A DNA stretch of 64,000 bases, taken from NCBI GenBank assembly GCA_023428755.1, contig JAEYWX010000001.1:157487-221486 (forward strand). Direction: 5' to 3'. This document shows positions 1-9,938 of this stretch, in pieces. The stretch is from Bacteroidota bacterium (GTDB taxonomy: Bacteria > Bacteroidota > Bacteroidia > Chitinophagales > Chitinophagaceae). The notes beneath the pieces were generated by a model. The model was not told the DNA's origin, did no database searches, and worked only from the letters and a program-made list of their open reading frames with translations. Each line of letters starts with the position of its first letter. Positions within the stretch are counted from its first letter, which is position 1. A program made the translations under genes and the position numbers.

Positions 1-1022
1 TTCTTATCGATCTTTTCAATCTCTGCTTCACTTTCTCCTGCACGATCCACCAGATCCCATCCGGCATTGTTGTACACTTTGGAATTGCTTTTTGTTTCAG
101 CACGTTTGATCGCTGCTTTTTTACTCATGGCTGAATTTGCCACATCCATTTGTTGCTGTTTGCTGTATAATTCCTGTCCTCTTGCGCCATATGTAATATA
201 AGTGCCGTTCAATTTTTCATTCAGTTTAAATATCTCATCGTCATACGGTGTGGCAATGTCTTCAATTTTATGATCCTGGTTAATATTGCTGAAGCTGCCG
301 TTGCCACATTCACCTACAAGGTTCCAGTATTCACGAATGCCCTGCTGCTTATCGCCGCAATAAATGGTGTTTACGATTACACCTTTGCTTTTTGCTTCTG
401 TACAAGCCTGCGTAAAACTTACACTGCCCTGGCGAAAACTCTCATTCCCTGCAATGAAAATCACTTTATAAGAATCAGGATTGGGATCCCACTTCAACTG
501 CTGCACCGATTTAAAAATCACCTGTCCGCAATATTCATCACCGCCATTGGTGGTTAATGCAAACAGATTTTCTGAAAGTGAATCCAGATCGGAAATAAAA
601 TTATTGATCTGTTTGATGTAACCATTCCGCACATCATTGCGGGGTGTACCATATTCATACAACGCAATTTCAATTTTTGGATTGGCTTTGTTTTCACAAT
701 GTACCCGTCCCAATGTATTCACCATGGTCCATAATTGTGCTTTTGCCTGGTCAATGAGTCCATCCATACTGTTACTTACATCAAGCAAAATAGCTACCTG
801 AATTTTTTGATTGGTGGTGGGCGTTGGAATTTTCTCTTGGGGTGCAGGAACAGATTTTGGTTGGGGAAATTCGGGTTGCGGCGGCGTCGGCAGTTGCACA
901 TCCTGTACTTGCGAAGGCCCGGTTATACGACTTGTTTTCTTGGGTTTACTGAATGCTGATACAATAACTACAGCTGCCAGTATAACTGTTACAGCCAGTA
1001 ATGGTTTACGATACGATTGCAT
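1..1022 (-). CDS. vWA (von Willebrand A) domain-containing exported protein, partial (runs off left edge)
   Basis: Absent from the ORF track because it has no stop in the window. Manual translation from ATG at 1022: MQSYRKPLLAVTVILAAVVIVSAFS (signal/anchor), Pro-rich linker, then IQVAILLDVSNSMDG (MIDAS DxSxS), NGGDEYCG, VIFIAGNE. Confidence 0.85.
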   Translation of the reverse strand, partial: MQSYRKPLLAVTVILAAVVIVSAFSKPKKTSRITGPSQVQDVQLPTPPQPEFPQPKSVPAPQEKIPTPTTNQKIQVAILLDVSNSMDGLIDQAKAQLWTMVNTLGRVHCENKANPKIEIALYEYGTPRNDVRNGYIKQINNFISDLDSLSENLFALTTNGGDEYCGQVIFKSVQQLKWDPNPDSYKVIFIAGNESFRQGSVSFTQACTEAKSKGVIVNTIYCGDKQQGIREYWNLVGECGNGSFSNINQDHKIEDIATPYDDEIFKLNEKLNGTYITYGARGQELYSKQQQMDVANSAMSKKAAIKRAETKSNSKVYNNAGWDLVDRAGESEAEIEKIDK

Positions 1023-1141
1023 AATGTTGATTTTGTAAAGTGGGATGCAGAAAGCAAGAGATTTGCACAGACAGGTACTGGTCTTTAGGATTCAATTAAC
1101 AAAATACCCTTCCTTCGAATTCTTTATCTTTAAGAAAAAAC

Positions 1142-1459
1142 ATGTTACTTACCACAACACCCACCGTAGAAGGCAAACCCATTCAGCAATACATTGGCAT
1201 TGTTACAGCCGAAGCAATTATTGGCGCCAATATTTTTAAAGACCTGTTTGCAGGCATACGTGATATTGTAGGCGGCCGCAGCGGCACCTATGAACGTGTA
1301 ATTGAAGAAGCCAGACAAAATGCATTGGTTGAACTGCAGCAAAAAGCACAGCAACTGGGAGCCAATGCAGTTGTTGGAATTGATCTTGATTTTGAAACAG
1401 TGGGCAGCGGCGGCAGTATGCTGATGGTGGTAGCTACCGGCACCGCAGTAAAAATTTAA
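1142..1459 (+). CDS. YbjQ/UPF0145 family putative heavy-metal-binding protein
   Basis: [36 protein letters not shown] and VATGTAV motifs. Confidence 0.92.
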   Translation: MLLTTTPTVEGKPIQQYIGIVTAEAIIGANIFKDLFAGIRDIVGGRSGTYERVIEEARQNALVELQQKAQQLGANAVVGIDLDFETVGSGGSMLMVVATGTAVKI

Positions 1460-1510
1460 TATTTGCAACCAGGCGGCAGGAATATTTTTCGGTCGCTTTA
1501 CCTCATCGTA

Positions 1511-1518
1511 TAGTTTTG
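1511..1518 (+). promoter_or_regulatory. Bacteroidota sigma-70 -7 box (TAGTTTTG), 4 nt upstream of GTG start at 1523
   Basis: Matches TAnnTTTG consensus. Confidence 0.6.
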
Positions 1519-1522
1519 CGTT

Positions 1523-1837
1523 GTGAAATTAATGACACAGCTTCTTACCATTTACATTTTGCTGCTGAGCATTTTCCCTTGCCCGGAAGATCTGTTTGCG
1601 GCCGATGCAGCAACAACAACAACAGTTGCACTTGATGCAACTGATGCTGATGATGATTGTGAAGAAGAATGTGCGCCCAACTGTTCCTGTGAATGTTGCT
1701 GCCTGCAACTGATGCGCACCTGTAACTGTGTACAAATGAAAGCGCCTGTACAATTTACAGTTTTCAACCCCGTTCGCAAACAACTTTCTATCCTCGATAT
1801 TTTCCGGCCTGTATGGCAGCCACCGCAATTGAGTTAA
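1523..1837 (+). CDS. Small Cys-rich protein (DUF6660-like), candidate regulatory upstream ORF
   Basis: Hydrophobic N-terminus ending LSIFPC, acidic linker, CAPNCSCECCC cluster (10 Cys total), C-terminal VWQPP. Confidence 0.8.
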   Translation: MKLMTQLLTIYILLLSIFPCPEDLFAADAATTTTVALDATDADDDCEEECAPNCSCECCCLQLMRTCNCVQMKAPVQFTVFNPVRKQLSILDIFRPVWQPPQLS

Positions 1838-1877
1838 ACTTTTCGAATTATTTTTTAACTCAATCATTTCATTTTTT

Positions 1878-4031
1878 ATGCAGAAATTATTTTTGCTGTT
1901 ACTGCTTCTATCAGTCTGCAGCAGTGCTTCAGCTCAACATACCTTATCAATTACAGTAAAAGACAAACACACAACAGAATTATTACCTGCCGCCACTGTA
2001 AGGCTTGCACAACAATCAGCTGTAACAGATAGCAGCGGTAATGCCCGCTTCACCAATCTTGCGCAGGGAATGTACAAGATTGAAGTATCACATATTGGCT
2101 ACACAAAACAGGAGATCACTATCAGCATTCCATTACCCAGCAGCGAACCGTTGCTTGTATTGCTTGAACCGGAAGAAGAGGAAGAAGAAGAGATCATTAT
2201 CACTTCTACCCGGAGTACCAGAACGTTTCAGAATATCCCGACACGTGTAGAATTTATTGCCGGTGAAGAGCTGGACGAAAAAGCCAATATGAAACCCGGT
2301 GATATACGCATGCTGCTGAATGAAAGCACCGGTATTCAAACACAGCAAACATCGGCCACATCAGCCAACGCATCCATTCGTATCCAAGGTTTGGATGGAC
2401 GTTACACACAACTGTTGAAAGATGGCTTTCCGTTGTTCAATGGCGCAGCAAGTGGATTGGGTTTATTACAGATTCTGCCTCTTGATCTGAAGCAAGTAGA
2501 AGTGATCAAAGGATCTGCATCAACATTATATGGTGGTGGTGCCATTGCAGGGCTTGTGAACCTGGTTTCAAAAACACCTACTGATGACCGTGAGTTAAAG
2601 ATTCATTTGAACGGAACCAATGCACTCGGGCTGGATGTAAATCTGTTCTACGGTCAACGGTTCAAAAAATTCGGTGTTACCATTTTTACATCACGCAACA
2701 GTAATGTGGCATATGATCCTGCGGATATTAATCTTTCAGCCATTCCCGAATTTCAACGCTATGTTGTCAATCCGAGTTTCTTCTTTTACCCTTCCGATAA
2801 AACAAAAATTGTATTGCGTGTAAATGCCGGTTTCGAAAACAGGCTGGGTGGAAACATGGATTACATCAAACAAAGGCAGAGCAATGGCTATTTTGAAAAG
2901 AACAAGTCAGAACGTTTGTCGACGCAGTTTTCGATCGATCATGATTTTGGAAACAACAGTCATTTCAACTTCAAACAAAGTGTAAGTTATTTCAACCGTC
3001 AACTCAGTTCACCCGGTTATGTGTTTGAAGGCCGGCAGCTCAACAGTTTTACAGAAGCCAGTTATTCCAAACATGGAGAAGTGGCGGAGTGGGTAGCCGG
3101 TATGAATGTATGGAGCGAAAATTTTGAAGAACGTCCGTACAGCAACAATACCGTTCGCAGCTTTCGGCAAAACACAGTAGGTGTGTTTGTACAAAATGTA
3201 TTAAAAGCAAATGAATGGCTGCATATTGAAACCGGAGTGCGTGGCGATGCAGTGAACAAGTATGGATTTGCATTTTTGCCAAGGATGTCTGTTTTATTTA
3301 AACCATCTGCATCGTTCAGCTCACGCATTGGCGGTGGACTTGGTTACAAAGCACCCACCATTTTTACAGAGGAGAGCGAACGTTTCCAATACCGTAACGT
3401 ACTTCCGATTGACGCTTCCAACAAACTGGAAAAAAGTTATGGTTTTAATGCCGATGTAAACTATAAAACTAATTTGTTTGATGAAGTAAGCATCACCATC
3501 AATCAATTGTTTTTCTACACACGCATCAACAATCCCCTGCTGTTAGAGAATACTGGCACCGGCTACAAATTTGTAAACAGCAGCGGCCATATTGATACAA
3601 GAGGTACTGAAACCAATATCAAGATCGGTTATAAAGATTTCAAACTCTTTCTTGGTTATACGTTTACCGATACTGAAATTCATGAAGGCAACAGCAAACG
3701 TGTAAACCCATTAACTGCACGTAACCGTGTAAATGCAGTATTGATGTATGAAGTTGAAGAAAAATGGAAAGCAGGATTGGAAGCGTATTATTTCGACAAA
3801 CAACAACTCACCGATGGCAGCACCGGAAGAGCGTATTGGATCACCGGTTTTATGGCGGAACGTTTGTGGGAGAAATTTTCATTGTATGTCAACTTCGAAA
3901 ATTTTCTTGATACAAGACAAACACGCTTTGACAGTATCTACACCGGCTCTATCAACAATCCGGTGTTTCGGGATATTTATGCGCCGCTTGATGGCTTTGT
4001 TATCAATGGTGGTTTAAAATTAAACCTCTAA
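1878..4031 (+). CDS. TonB-dependent outer membrane receptor
   Basis: Signal peptide, N-terminal carboxypeptidase-regulatory-like domain, plug motifs IRIQGLDGRYTQLLKDG and VEVIKGSASTLYGGGAIAGLVN, beta-barrel C-terminus with ENFLD. Confidence 0.95.
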   Translation: MQKLFLLLLLLSVCSSASAQHTLSITVKDKHTTELLPAATVRLAQQSAVTDSSGNARFTNLAQGMYKIEVSHIGYTKQEITISIPLPSSEPLLVLLEPEEEEEEEIIITSTRSTRTFQNIPTRVEFIAGEELDEKANMKPGDIRMLLNESTGIQTQQTSATSANASIRIQGLDGRYTQLLKDGFPLFNGAASGLGLLQILPLDLKQVEVIKGSASTLYGGGAIAGLVNLVSKTPTDDRELKIHLNGTNALGLDVNLFYGQRFKKFGVTIFTSRNSNVAYDPADINLSAIPEFQRYVVNPSFFFYPSDKTKIVLRVNAGFENRLGGNMDYIKQRQSNGYFEKNKSERLSTQFSIDHDFGNNSHFNFKQSVSYFNRQLSSPGYVFEGRQLNSFTEASYSKHGEVAEWVAGMNVWSENFEERPYSNNTVRSFRQNTVGVFVQNVLKANEWLHIETGVRGDAVNKYGFAFLPRMSVLFKPSASFSSRIGGGLGYKAPTIFTEESERFQYRNVLPIDASNKLEKSYGFNADVNYKTNLFDEVSITINQLFFYTRINNPLLLENTGTGYKFVNSSGHIDTRGTETNIKIGYKDFKLFLGYTFTDTEIHEGNSKRVNPLTARNRVNAVLMYEVEEKWKAGLEAYYFDKQQLTDGSTGRAYWITGFMAERLWEKFSLYVNFENFLDTRQTRFDSIYTGSINNPVFRDIYAPLDGFVINGGLKLNL

Positions 4032-4034
4032 CGT

Positions 4035-4637
4035 ATGAATAACTTTCTTGTTTATTACCTGCCATTATTTTTGATCGTTTACTTGTTGATTACATTCGTT
4101 TTGCCCAGCGTACGGGTATACAGGCAAACAGGTATTAACCCTGTTACATTTGGAAAAACGGATAATGCACATGATTACATAGGTGCCATCATGAAACTGT
4201 TAACCGGCCTGTTAGCTGTAACAGTTCTTGTATTTGCTATTAGCTCCAATGTATATTCTTATTTTGTACCTGTTCCCTACTTACTGTTACCCGGAATACA
4301 ATACACTGGTTTTATCATGATTCATCTTTCATTAGTGTGGATTGTTATTGCACAAAGACAAATGAATCGATCGTGGCGAATTGGTATTGATGAAAAAAAC
4401 AAAACAGCTCTTGTAACGCATGGTTTATTTGCGGTATCACGCAATCCTGTTTTTCTTGGAATGATCATCAGTACATTGGGCATTTTTCTTTTATTGCCCA
4501 ACGCTGTTACATTCTTTATTACAATCTGTACCTATATTGTAATTCAGATACAGATCAGACTGGAAGAAGAGTTTTTATTAAAACAACACGGAGATACCTA
4601 CATAGCTTATAAAAAGAAAACAGGACGTTTGTTCTAA
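4035..4637 (+). CDS. Isoprenylcysteine carboxylmethyltransferase (ICMT/PEMT) family membrane methyltransferase
   Basis: LVTHGLFAVSRNPVFLG and EEEFL...HGDTY..YKKKTGR motifs, multiple TM segments. Confidence 0.88.
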   Translation: MNNFLVYYLPLFLIVYLLITFVLPSVRVYRQTGINPVTFGKTDNAHDYIGAIMKLLTGLLAVTVLVFAISSNVYSYFVPVPYLLLPGIQYTGFIMIHLSLVWIVIAQRQMNRSWRIGIDEKNKTALVTHGLFAVSRNPVFLGMIISTLGIFLLLPNAVTFFITICTYIVIQIQIRLEEEFLLKQHGDTYIAYKKKTGRLF

Positions 4638-4642
4638 TGAAT

Positions 4643-4674
4643 ACGGGCCGGATCAATTGACCCGGCCCGTTTTT
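4643..4674 (+). terminator. Intrinsic terminator between convergent genes
   Basis: ACGGGCCGG...CCGGCCCGT stem followed by T-tract. Confidence 0.8.
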
Positions 4675-4684
4675 ATAGTAAAGG

Positions 4685-6544
4685 TTAATGCCGTTCGGGC
4701 GCCAGTTTTTCATCCGGCGAACGCCATAAAGCACTTAACAATAACTGCCTCATAAATAAAAATTCTTTCGGTAACCGGTCATACAATTTTTCAAACAGTT
4801 CTTCATGACCCAGCAACTCCTGTTTCCATAACTCAGAATCAATATGCTGCAGTTCATGAAACTGTTCCCGTTTAAATTTATCGTAGCCTAATCCATTCCA
4901 ATCAAGATCACGGTAACGTGGTCGCCATCCGATGGGACATTCTACAGCACTCGCCTGGCCTTTGCATCTTTCAACGATCCATTTGAGTACTCGCATGTTT
5001 TCACCAAAGCCGGGCCACATAAATTCACCGTTCTCATTTTTTCGGAACCAGTTTACACCAAAAATGCGTGGCGCATTGGGAAGGTCACGGCCAAACTGTA
5101 ACCAATGATTGAAATAATCGCCCATGTGATAACCAAGGAATGGCAGCATCGCAAACGGATCCCGTCTTACTTTTCCTAATTCGCCAAATGCAGCAGCCGT
5201 CATTTCACTGCCCATGGTTGCGGCGAGGTACACACCAAAATTCCAGTTGAAGGATTGAAACACCAACGGAACAGCGGTGCTTCTTCTTCCGCCAAATACA
5301 AAGGCTGATATAATCACACCTTTTGGATTATTCCACTCTGCATCAATTGCCGGATTTTGATAAGCCGGTGCTGTAAACCGTGCGTTTGGATGTGCGGCTG
5401 GTTTTCCACTGTTCTTATCGTACGGTTTTCCATGCCAGTCGGTCAACCCATCGGGTACTTCTTTGCTCATTCCTTCCCACCAAACATCACCATCGGCTGT
5501 AACAGCCACATTGGTAAAAATGGTATTGGCCTTAATACTGGCCATGGCATTGGGATTTGTTTTTTCGTTGGTACCGGGTGCCACACCAAAATAACCTGCT
5601 TCGGGATTGATGGCATATAATTTTCCGTCATCGCCTTTGTGGATCCATGCAATATCATCGCCCACTGTGGTAATCTTCCAGCCATCCATTTCTTTTGGTG
5701 GAATCATCATGGCAAAATTTGTTTTACCACAAGCACTCGGGAAAGCAGCAGCGATATATGTTTTTTCTTTCTTCGGATTTTCAACGCCCATCAGCAACAT
5801 GTGTTCGGCAAGCCATCCCTGGTCTCTGCCCATTACCGTTGCAATACGCAATGCAAAACATTTTTTTCCAAGCAATGCATTTCCACCATAACCACTTCCG
5901 TAGGAAATGATCAACCGCTCTTCCGGAAAATGAGAAATGTATTTCACTGTTGGGTTACAGGGCCATTTTACATCCGGCTCACCTTTTTGCAGAGGTGCAC
6001 CCAGTGTATGCAAACATTTCACCCATTCACCATTGATATGCGGTAATACATCATCGCCCATACGTGTCATAATACGCATGTTCACTACTACATATTCGCT
6101 GTCGGTAATTTGTACGCCATAACGTGAAAGCGATGAACCAACGGGTCCCATGCAAAACGGGATCACATACATGGTGCGGCCATGCATGCTGCCTTTGGTT
6201 AGATCTTCCAGGATATGTTTCATTTCTGATGGTTCCATCCAGTTGTTGGTGGGGCCGGCATCCTGCTTCCGTGCACTGCAAATAAACGTGCGGTCTTCTA
6301 CACGGGCCACATCACTGGGATCGCTGAAGCAGGCAAAACTGTTAGGGCGTTTTTCGGGGTTTAAGGGGATAAACGTTCCTTTGTCAACCAACTGCTGGCA
6401 AAGCTGGTCGTACTCTACCTGTGAACCTGTACACCAATGAACGTTGGCGGGCTGGAAGTGCTCTTCCATTTTATGAACCCACTCTTTTAATTCTGTTTTG
6501 TTAGGAGCAATCATCTTTTTTCGGGGTTTTGATGCGACAAACAT
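4685..6544 (-). CDS. pckG: Phosphoenolpyruvate carboxykinase (GTP)
   Basis: [34 protein letters not shown] and HPNARFT motifs specific to the GTP-dependent family. Confidence 0.96.
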   Translation of the reverse strand: MFVASKPRKKMIAPNKTELKEWVHKMEEHFQPANVHWCTGSQVEYDQLCQQLVDKGTFIPLNPEKRPNSFACFSDPSDVARVEDRTFICSARKQDAGPTNNWMEPSEMKHILEDLTKGSMHGRTMYVIPFCMGPVGSSLSRYGVQITDSEYVVVNMRIMTRMGDDVLPHINGEWVKCLHTLGAPLQKGEPDVKWPCNPTVKYISHFPEERLIISYGSGYGGNALLGKKCFALRIATVMGRDQGWLAEHMLLMGVENPKKEKTYIAAAFPSACGKTNFAMMIPPKEMDGWKITTVGDDIAWIHKGDDGKLYAINPEAGYFGVAPGTNEKTNPNAMASIKANTIFTNVAVTADGDVWWEGMSKEVPDGLTDWHGKPYDKNSGKPAAHPNARFTAPAYQNPAIDAEWNNPKGVIISAFVFGGRRSTAVPLVFQSFNWNFGVYLAATMGSEMTAAAFGELGKVRRDPFAMLPFLGYHMGDYFNHWLQFGRDLPNAPRIFGVNWFRKNENGEFMWPGFGENMRVLKWIVERCKGQASAVECPIGWRPRYRDLDWNGLGYDKFKREQFHELQHIDSELWKQELLGHEELFEKLYDRLPKEFLFMRQLLLSALWRSPDEKLAPERH

Positions 6545-6834
6545 AATATTCGATTTAGATATTGCAAGTAAAATCTATTGCAATTCTTAACATATGATCG
6601 ATATAAGTGTGCTGTCCAATCTGTATCATTCGTTCCTAAAATATGGATCGCCGAGCTTAATACTTGCAGTGATGGTTTCAGACTGATAAGTTAAAAAAGC
6701 GGCGAACTGCTTTGGTCGAAATAAACATGTTTTCTGTACCTGTTTCGCTTCTGCTTGTCTATTTCAACTTTTTTCGCCTGTATCAGATTCTACTTTTACT
6801 GTATCATTTTATTCATCATTAAACCTTATTTATT

Positions 6835-7191
6835 ATGTTTCAAAATCTGAAATGCGCCGTTCTTGGTTTTTTCTTTTTTAGTGTTTGTATAACAGCAGTT
6901 GCGCAGGAAGAAGTTGATTACAACAAAACACCCCGTTTTGTATCAACAAAAGGATACTGGGTAATCCAGAGTAATGTAAAACAGCCAAGAGAGGCGATTG
7001 TCTATTTTTATAACCTGCAACATGTGCTGGTGTATAAAGAAGAAGTAAAGAATGTGAACCTTAACATCAACCGTACAAACGTCAAAATGCGTTTGAAAAA
7101 AGCTTTAGACAAAGCTGTTGCTGCACACGAAGAAGGAAATGGCTTGTTCAAGGATGAGAAAATTATAGCCGCTACTTTCAGAAAAAACTAA
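6835..7191 (+). CDS. Exported hypothetical protein
   Basis: Signal peptide (AVAQ), GYWVIQSN segment, own terminator downstream. Confidence 0.75.
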   Translation: MFQNLKCAVLGFFFFSVCITAVAQEEVDYNKTPRFVSTKGYWVIQSNVKQPREAIVYFYNLQHVLVYKEEVKNVNLNINRTNVKMRLKKALDKAVAAHEEGNGLFKDEKIIAATFRKN

Positions 7192-7200
7192 ACGGAATGT

Positions 7201-7226
7201 AAAAGGGTGTACGGGGCACCCTTTTT
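7201..7226 (+). terminator. Intrinsic terminator
   Basis: AAAAGGGTG...CACCCTTTT hairpin. Confidence 0.7.
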
Positions 7227-7243
7227 CATCCATTGTAAAAACC

Positions 7244-7272
7244 GTTTGTCGCCGGAAAAATACTGTTTGTCG
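7244..7272 (+). promoter_or_regulatory. Putative LytTR-regulator binding site (GTTTGTCG direct repeat, 21-bp period)
   Basis: Copies start at 7244 and 7265, immediately upstream of a LytS/LytTR pair. Confidence 0.55.
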
Positions 7273-7324
7273 ATAAGCATAAGGAATAGCTTCCGATTGA
7301 CTGCTGAGCAATGTAACTTTAAGT

Positions 7325-8485
7325 ATGGTGATTGAAAAGTATCCCTTTATTTTTTCAGATGAACGCCGCTATCGGCTGGCAAGACACCTTTGCTTCTGGC
7401 TGTTCTGGTGGATCTTCCAGGGCTATCTTTATTCGTTTGTTGCGGTGCGTAGCGGTTATGCGTACCAGTTACGTTTACTGTCATCTACCATTGAATCGCT
7501 TATTTACCTGGCGCCGCATATCTTCTTATCGTATTCACTCATCTATTTCGTTATTCCAAAATTTCTGCTCAAACAAAAATATGCTGCAACTATTGTTTGG
7601 GTAATTGTACTGTTTCTCATTACATCAGCGATGGCTGCTGTGCTTTCGCTAACCATCATTGAACAGGTGCGTGAACAAATTATGGGATCGGATTATATCA
7701 GCAATATCAGACGAAGCGGCATTGGACTTTCCCTTTATTTAGGATTACTGGCCGGCTTGCGGGGAGGAATTACCATTGGTGGTTTTGCTGCTGCCATCAA
7801 ACTGATGAAGCACTGGTATGTAAAAGAACAGCGGAATTTTATTTTGCAAAAAGAAAATATGGAAGCGCAGCTGAAAGTATTGAAAGCGCAGGTTCATCCT
7901 CACTTTTTATTTAACACACTCAACAATATTTATTCGCATACTCGAAACAGTTCGCCCACTGCATCAAAAATGCTGATGGAGTTATCAGATATACTGCGGT
8001 ATATTTTATACGAAGGCGATCAGAAGCAGGTGCCGTTAACAAAGGAATTAAAACTGCTTCGTGATTATATTGAACTGGAGCAATTACGTTATGGCAACAA
8101 ACTGGAAGTTAGCGCCAGCTATCCGTCCAATGCAGATCAATACTCTATTGCTCCACTGCTGCTTTTACCTTTTGTAGAAAACTGTTTTAAACATGGCGCC
8201 AGCACTATGCTCGAAAACCCCTGGGTGAGTTTGCAGTTATATATCAGCAACAATACGCTTCATATGAAATTGCTGAACGGCAAGACTGAGCAACCGGCAA
8301 CAAACAAACCCGGTATTGGATTGCAAAATGTAAAAGAGCGTTTGCAGTTACTGTATCCGGGCGGGCACGAACTGCAACTCATCAACGAACCCGATGTATT
8401 TATTGTAAACCTGCGCATAACCCTGCAACCATTACCTGTTGCAGAAACAATCTTGCTAAAGGAAAAAACACCTGCACATGCCTGA
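7325..8485 (+). CDS. LytS/YehU-family membrane sensor histidine kinase
   Basis: LKAQVHPHFLFNTLNNIY, PFVENCFKHG and GIGLQNV motifs, N-terminal TMs. Confidence 0.95.
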   Translation: MVIEKYPFIFSDERRYRLARHLCFWLFWWIFQGYLYSFVAVRSGYAYQLRLLSSTIESLIYLAPHIFLSYSLIYFVIPKFLLKQKYAATIVWVIVLFLITSAMAAVLSLTIIEQVREQIMGSDYISNIRRSGIGLSLYLGLLAGLRGGITIGGFAAAIKLMKHWYVKEQRNFILQKENMEAQLKVLKAQVHPHFLFNTLNNIYSHTRNSSPTASKMLMELSDILRYILYEGDQKQVPLTKELKLLRDYIELEQLRYGNKLEVSASYPSNADQYSIAPLLLLPFVENCFKHGASTMLENPWVSLQLYISNNTLHMKLLNGKTEQPATNKPGIGLQNVKERLQLLYPGGHELQLINEPDVFIVNLRITLQPLPVAETILLKEKTPAHA

Positions 8486-9197
8486 CGCACAAAAAATACG
8501 TTGCCTTGTGATTGATGACGAACCGCCGGCCCGGGAGATCATTAAGCAATATATCACCGATACACCAATGCTGCAATTGGAAGGCGAATGTGGCAATGCC
8601 ATTCACGCCATCAGTTTTTTACAGCAGCATCCGGTTGATCTTATTTTTCTTGATATACGCATGCCGCAACTGTCCGGTACCGATTTTATCAAAACACTTT
8701 CACATCCGCCGAAAGTGATCTTTACCACTGCCCATCCGGAATATGCATTTGAAGGTTTTGAACTGGATGCGATGGATTATTTATTAAAGCCCATTCGCTT
8801 TGATCGTTTTCTGAAAGCCGTTAACAAAGCCTGCCAGCAAACTGTTACCCGCAGCTCACAAGAACGTGTAATGGCAGAACCTGAAAAGAAAGATGCGTTT
8901 GTGTATTTCCGTGCCGACAGAAAGATGATGAAAGTGATGCTGTCGGATATACTTTATATCGAAAGCATGAAAGATTATGTGAAAGTGGTGACGAATAGCG
9001 AAACCATTATTACAAAACAATCCATCAGTTCGGTGGAAGCGATGTTGCCGGAGCATCAATTTATCCGTACACACCGTTCCTATATTGTAGCAGTTTCTGC
9101 TATCTATTCATTTACAAGTGAACTGATCAATGTTGGAAAAACAGAGATTCCTATTGGCCGCCTTTACCGGCAGCAGGTATTGAAAGCACTTACCTGA
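8478..9197 (+). CDS. LytTR-family response regulator
   Basis: REC domain (IDDE, FLDIRMP, YLLKP) plus LytTR domain (FIRTHRSYIV), overlaps kinase stop. Confidence 0.95.
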   Translation: MPDAQKIRCLVIDDEPPAREIIKQYITDTPMLQLEGECGNAIHAISFLQQHPVDLIFLDIRMPQLSGTDFIKTLSHPPKVIFTTAHPEYAFEGFELDAMDYLLKPIRFDRFLKAVNKACQQTVTRSSQERVMAEPEKKDAFVYFRADRKMMKVMLSDILYIESMKDYVKVVTNSETIITKQSISSVEAMLPEHQFIRTHRSYIVAVSAIYSFTSELINVGKTEIPIGRLYRQQVLKALT

Positions 9198-9259
9198 CAG
9201 GGGATGATTTTTTTGCCACTTCCATTTTTCACCCTACCTTTTATCATTAAATAAAATGT

Positions 9260-9820
9260 ATGGTTGGCTTTATCACTTCGATTTGGTGGAAATTAAATGG
9301 ATGGAAAATCAATGGAACATTTCCCGATCATCTTCCCAAAATGGTGATTGCTGTGGGACCACATACCAGTGCATGGGATATTGTAGTAGGCTTGGCTGCC
9401 CGTTATGTTACACCCATTAAGCAAGCCTATTTCCTGGGTAAAAAAGAATTGTTTGATGGAGCGTTCGGTTGGTTTTTTCATGCATTGGGCGGCACACCCG
9501 TTGATCGTTCTTCTTCAAAAGGAATGGTATTGCAAGTTGCTGAAAAGTTTAAACAACACGATGTATTCCGCATTGCCATGAGCCCGGAAGGAACAAGAAA
9601 GAAAGTGGAAAAACTGCGTACCGGATTTTATTACATTGCGAAAGAAGCAAATGTTCCTATTCTGTTAGTTGGCTTCGACTTTACAAACAAACAGGTGATT
9701 TACGGACCCGTTATTCATCCATCGCAGGACGAGGCGGCCGATTTTCAACAAATCATTTCCTTCTTTGCCACAATAGAAGGCAAGCATAAAGATGCAGGTA
9801 TGATGCATTTGCATGCATAA
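9260..9820 (+). CDS. 1-acyl-sn-glycerol-3-phosphate acyltransferase family protein
   Basis: PHTSAWD (HxxxxD) and SPEGTR motifs. Confidence 0.88.
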   Translation: MVGFITSIWWKLNGWKINGTFPDHLPKMVIAVGPHTSAWDIVVGLAARYVTPIKQAYFLGKKELFDGAFGWFFHALGGTPVDRSSSKGMVLQVAEKFKQHDVFRIAMSPEGTRKKVEKLRTGFYYIAKEANVPILLVGFDFTNKQVIYGPVIHPSQDEAADFQQIISFFATIEGKHKDAGMMHLHA

Positions 9821-9938
9821 AATGAACAATGCAGTATTGATTCGTTGTTTCTAAAAATTATCTTAAAAAGCTTGCTGTTGCTGTAATCTTTTGTCTATTA
9901 CGCTTCGGTTATATAATGCGGACAATATCTTTGGCCGC

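Noticed and set aside
270..1038. Plus-strand ORFs 270-557, 735-959 and 811-1038
   Set aside because: They are antisense shadows of the minus-strand vWA gene that the track missed.
2172..2192. Poly-Glu (GAR) tract in the TonB receptor as a phase-variation site
   Set aside because: It is an in-frame mix of GAA/GAG codons in the usual acidic linker before the plug domain.
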